Source: Chloroflexota bacterium (GTDB lineage: Bacteria; Chloroflexota; Dehalococcoidia; UBA2979). Taken from it: a stretch of DNA of 53,508 nt. Of this stretch, positions 49,186 through 53,508 are shown piece after piece (positions within the stretch are counted from its first letter, which is position 1; every line of letters begins with the position of its first letter). The notes below the pieces were generated by a model. The model searched no databases and had not been told where the DNA came from. It saw nothing but the letters and a program-made list of their open reading frames with translations. A program made the position numbers and the translations under genes. Location: contig JAQCIU010000021.1 in the NCBI GenBank assembly GCA_027593235.1, positions 1 through 53,508 on the forward strand. Reading direction: 5' to 3'.

Positions 49186-50322
49186 ATGAAGGGCTTCGAG
49201 GGCCGCTACTGCATCGTCGGCGTCGGACAGACCAGCTACGGCAAGGTCCCCGGCATGTCGCAGCTCGCCCACAACGTGCTGGCGATCCGCAACGCCATCG
49301 AGGACGCCGGTCTCTCCAAGGGCGAAATCGACGGCGTGCTGACCAAGGCGCCGACCTCGACCTTCCCGATGCTCTGGGCGCCCAAGGTCGCCGAGGCGTT
49401 GCGCATCACACCGCGCGTGACCGGCACGCTGGACCAGGCCGGGGCCAGCAACATCGGCCTCATCCAGTACGCGATCAGCGCGCTCGCCCTCGGGCAGGCG
49501 AACTACATCGCGATCTCCTACGGGGACAACCCGCGCAGCGGGACGCGCGCCACCTACGCCCGCCAGCGCGGTGATGACGCGATCGCCGGCGTCTTCGGCG
49601 CGCCGTCCAGCTACGCGATGATCGCGCGCCGCCATATGTACGAGTACGGCACGACGCAGGACCAACTCGCCAACGTCGCGATCGCCCACCGCTACCACGC
49701 GAGCCTCAACCCGAACGCGATGTTCCAGGACCCGATCACCCGCGAGGACTACGAGCACTCGCGCTTCGTCGCCGAGCCGTTCCGCCTGCTCGACTGCTGC
49801 CCCGTCTCCGACGGCGGCGCGGCCTACATCATCACCACCGAGGAGCGTGCGAAGGATCTCGCGAAGGCCCCCGTCTACATCGAGGGCATCGGCCAGGGCC
49901 ACCCGGCGTGGGACTTCTTCCGCCGCGGCGACCTCGCCACCAGCGGCGCCGCCGTCTCCGGCGAAGCGGCGTTCCGCAACGCCGGCCTCGGCCCGAAGGA
50001 CATCGACTTCTGCGAGATCTACGACTGCTTCACGATCGTCCCGATCGTCACCCTCGAGGAATACGGCTTCTGCGCGAAGGGTGAGGGCGGCGCGTTCTAC
50101 GAGGACCAGCGCACCCACATCGGCGGCGAGCTGCCGGTCAACACCTCGGGCGGCCTGCTCTCCGAGACCGGTATGCCCGGCACCCAGCTCGTCGTCGAGG
50201 CCGTCCGCCAGATCCGCGGCGAAGGCGGCCCCCGCCAGGTCGAGGGCGCCGAGGTTGGCCTCGTCTCCCAACAGGGCGGCATCATGACCACCCACTCCAC
50301 GATGATTGTCTCGAAGGGCTAA
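49186..50322 (+). CDS. SCP2/Ltp2-type thiolase-family protein
   Basis: IVGVGQT, DCCPVSDG, EIYDCFT, PVNTSGGLLS, EAVRQIRG. Confidence 0.93.
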   Translation: MKGFEGRYCIVGVGQTSYGKVPGMSQLAHNVLAIRNAIEDAGLSKGEIDGVLTKAPTSTFPMLWAPKVAEALRITPRVTGTLDQAGASNIGLIQYAISALALGQANYIAISYGDNPRSGTRATYARQRGDDAIAGVFGAPSSYAMIARRHMYEYGTTQDQLANVAIAHRYHASLNPNAMFQDPITREDYEHSRFVAEPFRLLDCCPVSDGGAAYIITTEERAKDLAKAPVYIEGIGQGHPAWDFFRRGDLATSGAAVSGEAAFRNAGLGPKDIDFCEIYDCFTIVPIVTLEEYGFCAKGEGGAFYEDQRTHIGGELPVNTSGGLLSETGMPGTQLVVEAVRQIRGEGGPRQVEGAEVGLVSQQGGIMTTHSTMIVSKG

Positions 50323-50324
50323 CG

Positions 50325-50762
50325 ATGGCCGTTGATCCAGCCTTCGCCCCGATGGCGGAGCTGCTCCCCGAACCCACCGAGGCCAACCAGCCGTTCTGGA
50401 ACGGCCTCCGCGAAGGCGAGCTGCGGATGCAGCACTGCGCCGCCTGCAGTAACTACCAGCACCCCGCTGAGACCTTCTGCTACTTCTGCGGTTCGACCGA
50501 CCTGAACTGGGAAACCGTCGCCGGCGGCGGCGAGGTCTACTCCTTCATCGTCGTCCACCAGCCCTACCACGTCGCCTTCCGCGACCGGCTCCCTTACGTC
50601 GTCGCCACGGTCCAGCTCGACGAAGGTCCTCGGATGCTCGGCGCGATCTTCGACATCGACCCGTCCGCCGTCACCATCGGCATGCGCGTCAAACCCCGCA
50701 TCGAACCCGTCTCCGACGAGGGCGCCGCGTTGTTCTTCCAGCCAGAGACGGTCGGGGCCTAG
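50325..50762 (+). CDS. DUF35 Zn-ribbon/OB-fold protein
   Basis: PFW, CAAC, CYFC, GEVYSF, PYVVATVQLDEGPR. Confidence 0.93.
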   Translation: MAVDPAFAPMAELLPEPTEANQPFWNGLREGELRMQHCAACSNYQHPAETFCYFCGSTDLNWETVAGGGEVYSFIVVHQPYHVAFRDRLPYVVATVQLDEGPRMLGAIFDIDPSAVTIGMRVKPRIEPVSDEGAALFFQPETVGA

Positions 50763-50764
50763 TC

Positions 50765-51190
50765 ATGCGCATCCGCAAACCCTGGACCGAATGGTCCGAC
50801 TCGCTTGAGTCCAATGACCTCCCCGGCGCAATGGGCGTCTACGAACTCGCCGACAAAGACCAGCGCACCCTCTACATCGGCAAGGCCGGGGGTAAATCAC
50901 CCTTCGGCCTTCGCGGCGAGCTGTTCCGCCACTTCAGCACCAGCGACCGCCTCGCCCGCGAAAACTGGGACCACCCGCGGATGGGCGAAGACCTCCCCTC
51001 CGTCCGAGGTAAGGCCCGCTACTACCGCTTCGAGGTCAACCACAACTACTACAGCCGCTGGATCGAGATCCTGACCCGCTACCGCGAGGATCACGAGGTC
51101 CTCCCGCCGGGCAACCTCGAGGACCCCGAACACCTGCCGCCCCTCGGGCGCTACCACTGGAAGAGCGAGGACGCACAACGTGGACTTTGA
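50765..51190 (+). CDS. Small GIY-YIG-fold protein, nuclease residues apparently substituted
   Basis: GVYEL...LYIGKA motif and C-terminal LPPGN; tightly packed in the operon. Confidence 0.7.
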   Translation: MRIRKPWTEWSDSLESNDLPGAMGVYELADKDQRTLYIGKAGGKSPFGLRGELFRHFSTSDRLARENWDHPRMGEDLPSVRGKARYYRFEVNHNYYSRWIEILTRYREDHEVLPPGNLEDPEHLPPLGRYHWKSEDAQRGL

Positions 51191-52349
51191 GCTCAGCGAC
51201 GAACAACAGCTCATCATCGACAACGTCCGGCGGTTCATCCGCGAGGAGATCCGGCCGCTCGAAGCCGACCTCGATCCCGACGCCTTCACGCTCCGGCCGG
51301 AGGACGACGCCCGCCTGACCCAGATGGTCAAGGACATGGGCCTCTACCAGATGGACGTACCCGAGGAGTACGGCGGCCCCGGAGTCGACACCGTCACGCG
51401 CACGCTGATCGCCGAGGAGCTGTCGCAGCACCGCGCCGGCCTCTACGCGCCCGCCTACGGCGTCTTCGGCCACGGCCCCCAGGGCCAGCTCTACAACGGC
51501 ACCGACGAGCAGAAAGAGAAGTACCTCTGGCCCACCATCCGCGGTGAGAAGAGCGGCTTCTTCGGCCTCAGCGAACCCAGCGGCGGCTCCGACCCGGCGC
51601 GCGCCATCCAGACCCGCGGCGTCCGCGACGGGGACGAGTGGGTGATCAACGGCAGCAAGCTCTGGAACTCCGGCGCCGACACCGCCGACTACGGCATCGT
51701 CTACGTCCGCACCGACCCCTCGAAGGGTCGGCAGGGCATCTCAGCGTTCATCATCGACACCGACACCCCCGGCTTTCGGGTCGAACGCCTCGTTCAGGTG
51801 CTCCGCGCCCACTACACCACCGAGCTGTCGTTCACGGACATGCGTGTCCCGCACGAGAACCTGCTCGGCGAGGAAGGCGGCGGCTTCGCCCTCGCGAACG
51901 ATTACCTCGCGCGGAACCGCATCCCGTACTCGGCGGCCGGCATCGGCATCGCCGTCTACGCCCACGAGATCGCCGTCGACTGGGCTAAGCAGCGCGTCAC
52001 CTTCGGCGAGCCGCTCGCCAGCCGCCAGGCGATCCAGTGGATGCTTGTCGACAACGAGATCGACATCCGCACCGCCCGCTGGGCCTGCCTCGCCGCCGCC
52101 GACAAGGCCGAACGAGGTCTGCCGTTCCGCTTCGAGTCCTCGATGGCAAAGCTCATCAGCACCGAGGGCGCAGGTCGCGTCGTCGACCGCTGCATGCAGA
52201 TCATGGGCGGCCTCGGCATGTCCAAGGACCTCCCGATGGAACGCTGGTACCGCGAGCTGCGCATCCGCCGCATCGGCGAAGGCCCTTCCGAGGTCCAGCG
52301 CATCGTCATGGCCCGCGACCTGCTCAACATCGGCAGCGGCAGCCGCTAA
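51180..52349 (+). CDS. Acyl-CoA dehydrogenase
   Basis: FGLSEPSGGSD, NGSKLW, RVTFG, AKL, GGLG, RIGEGPSEVQ. Confidence 0.95.
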   Translation: MDFELSDEQQLIIDNVRRFIREEIRPLEADLDPDAFTLRPEDDARLTQMVKDMGLYQMDVPEEYGGPGVDTVTRTLIAEELSQHRAGLYAPAYGVFGHGPQGQLYNGTDEQKEKYLWPTIRGEKSGFFGLSEPSGGSDPARAIQTRGVRDGDEWVINGSKLWNSGADTADYGIVYVRTDPSKGRQGISAFIIDTDTPGFRVERLVQVLRAHYTTELSFTDMRVPHENLLGEEGGGFALANDYLARNRIPYSAAGIGIAVYAHEIAVDWAKQRVTFGEPLASRQAIQWMLVDNEIDIRTARWACLAAADKAERGLPFRFESSMAKLISTEGAGRVVDRCMQIMGGLGMSKDLPMERWYRELRIRRIGEGPSEVQRIVMARDLLNIGSGSR

Positions 52350-52408
52350 GCCCGTTCCGGGCCCTTGACCACGGACCGAGGAGTCCGCACGTACCGAGGA
52401 GTACAGAG

Positions 52409-53203
52409 ATGACCATCGACTTCGACGTCCAGGACAAGATCGCGACCATCACCCTCAACCGCCCCGAGGCGTTGAACGCGATGACCCCGCACATGTACCA
52501 GCGCCTCTCGGAGTGCTGGGTCGAGGTCCGCGACAACCCCGATATCTGGGTCGCCGTCGTCACCGGCGCGCCGCAACCCAACCGCACCCCCGAGAAGCAG
52601 GTCTTCTCCGCCGGCGCCGACCTCAAGCAGACCATCCCCGCGGTCCCCGAGTCCTACGAGTTCTGGCAGACCCAGTCCGACCAGATCCTCAACCGCGGCC
52701 TTGAGGTCTGGAAGCCCGTCGTCGCGGCGGTCAACGGCCTCTGCCTCGCCGGCGGCATGACCCTGCTCATGGCCACCGACATCCGCATCGCCACCGAGCA
52801 CGCCCTCTTCGACCTCTCCGAGGTGAAGCGCGGCATCCTCCCCGGCAACGGCGGCACCCAGCGCACCATCCGCCAGCTCCCCTACCCAATTGCGATGGAA
52901 GTCCTCCTCCTCGGCCGCCGCCTCACCGCCACCGAGGCCGCCCACTTCGGCTTCATCAACCAGGTCGTCCCGCACGGCACCCAGCTCGAAGTCGCGATGG
53001 AGAAGGCAGAGCAGCTCCGCGCAATGCCCCCACTCGCCGTCCGCGCGATCAAGGAACTGAGCGTCCGCGCCCAGTACATGCCGCTCGCCGACGGCCTCCG
53101 CATGGAAGAAGCGATGCAGGCCCGGCTCAAGTTCACCGAGGACGCCCAGGAAGGCCCCCGCGCCTTCGCCGAAAAGCGCCAGGCCGAGTTCCACGGCCGC
53201 TAG
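52409..53203 (+). CDS. Enoyl-CoA hydratase/crotonase
   Basis: LNRPEALNA, FSAGADL, NGLCLAGG, SEVKRG; SD-like GAGGAG upstream. Confidence 0.93.
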   Translation: MTIDFDVQDKIATITLNRPEALNAMTPHMYQRLSECWVEVRDNPDIWVAVVTGAPQPNRTPEKQVFSAGADLKQTIPAVPESYEFWQTQSDQILNRGLEVWKPVVAAVNGLCLAGGMTLLMATDIRIATEHALFDLSEVKRGILPGNGGTQRTIRQLPYPIAMEVLLLGRRLTATEAAHFGFINQVVPHGTQLEVAMEKAEQLRAMPPLAVRAIKELSVRAQYMPLADGLRMEEAMQARLKFTEDAQEGPRAFAEKRQAEFHGR

Positions 53204-53381
53204 CCCCCTTCGGGGGCCTTCGCACCCGAGTCCGCGGCGGCACCCAGCGATCCCGTCGGTCCCGAACCCAAAGGCCTTTTCGAGGGCGAAGCCCCCGGAA
53301 GGGGGAGTGGGGTGCAGCCCCACAGGCATATGGGTGGGCGGGCCGACTAAACAGAAATGCGTCGCGGGCTGAGCCCGCGAC
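53203..53381. repeat. Cluster of REP-like palindromes
   Basis: GCCCCC-TTC-GGGGGC, GGGC-GAA-GCCC, GTGGGG-TGCAG-CCCCAC, GTCGCGGGCT-G-AGCCCGCGAC. Confidence 0.55.
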
Positions 53382-53447
53382 CCTCTCGGGCGCACAGCGC
53401 CCGTCCCGCGCCCGCCCTCGCCTCCACCCCAACCACGCCGCGCTAGC

Positions 53448-53508
53448 TGTACTGACCACGGACATGTGAGACACGGCTGATGGGTGGGCGGCCACCGAGC
53501 GAGCCATG
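53448..53508 (+). mobile_element. Possible left end of an IS481-family insertion sequence
   Basis: TGTACTGACCACGGACATGTGAGACAC resembles IS481-type ends (5'-TGT start); ATG at 53506 at the window edge; no transposase visible. Confidence 0.4.

Noticed and set aside
52375-52402. ACCGAGGAGT direct repeat before the last crotonase
   Set aside because: Only two 10-bp copies overlapping the SD sequence; likely a trivial local duplication

Overview
High-GC bacterial chromosomal window, densely coding. The many Thr/Ala-linker lipoproteins and expanded CoA-metabolism paralogues suggest Chloroflexota (Dehalococcoidia-like); this is inference only. In order: end of a 2-oxoacid dehydrogenase E2 plus lpdA; a GT2 and STT3-like GT-C glycosylation pair; yceI; divergent glpK/glpD; a broken acyl-CoA ligase/LuxR junction; a CoA-transferase, molybdoenzyme and carboxyltransferase operon; an MBL lipoprotein; an orphan kinase-like gene; an Fe/B12-type ABC importer; frameshifted DinB, DUF2087, NUDIX, D-aminoacylase and YeiH genes; a DUF4242/flavoprotein/NitT-TauT ABC operon with a clear promoter and Rrf2-like operator; an acyl-CoA synthetase alpha subunit; large NAD-GDH; GS-like and DAO genes; crotonases and CoA-transferases; a thiolase/DUF35/GIY-YIG-like/ACAD/crotonase operon; and a possible IS481-type end at the right edge. 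The most unusual items are two tandem arrays that copy a gene's stop-codon region and place stops in all six frames, an apparently non-catalytic GIY-YIG protein inside an acyl-CoA catabolic operon, and the Rrf2-linked DUF4242 uptake module. No rRNA, tRNA or CRISPR array was recognised.
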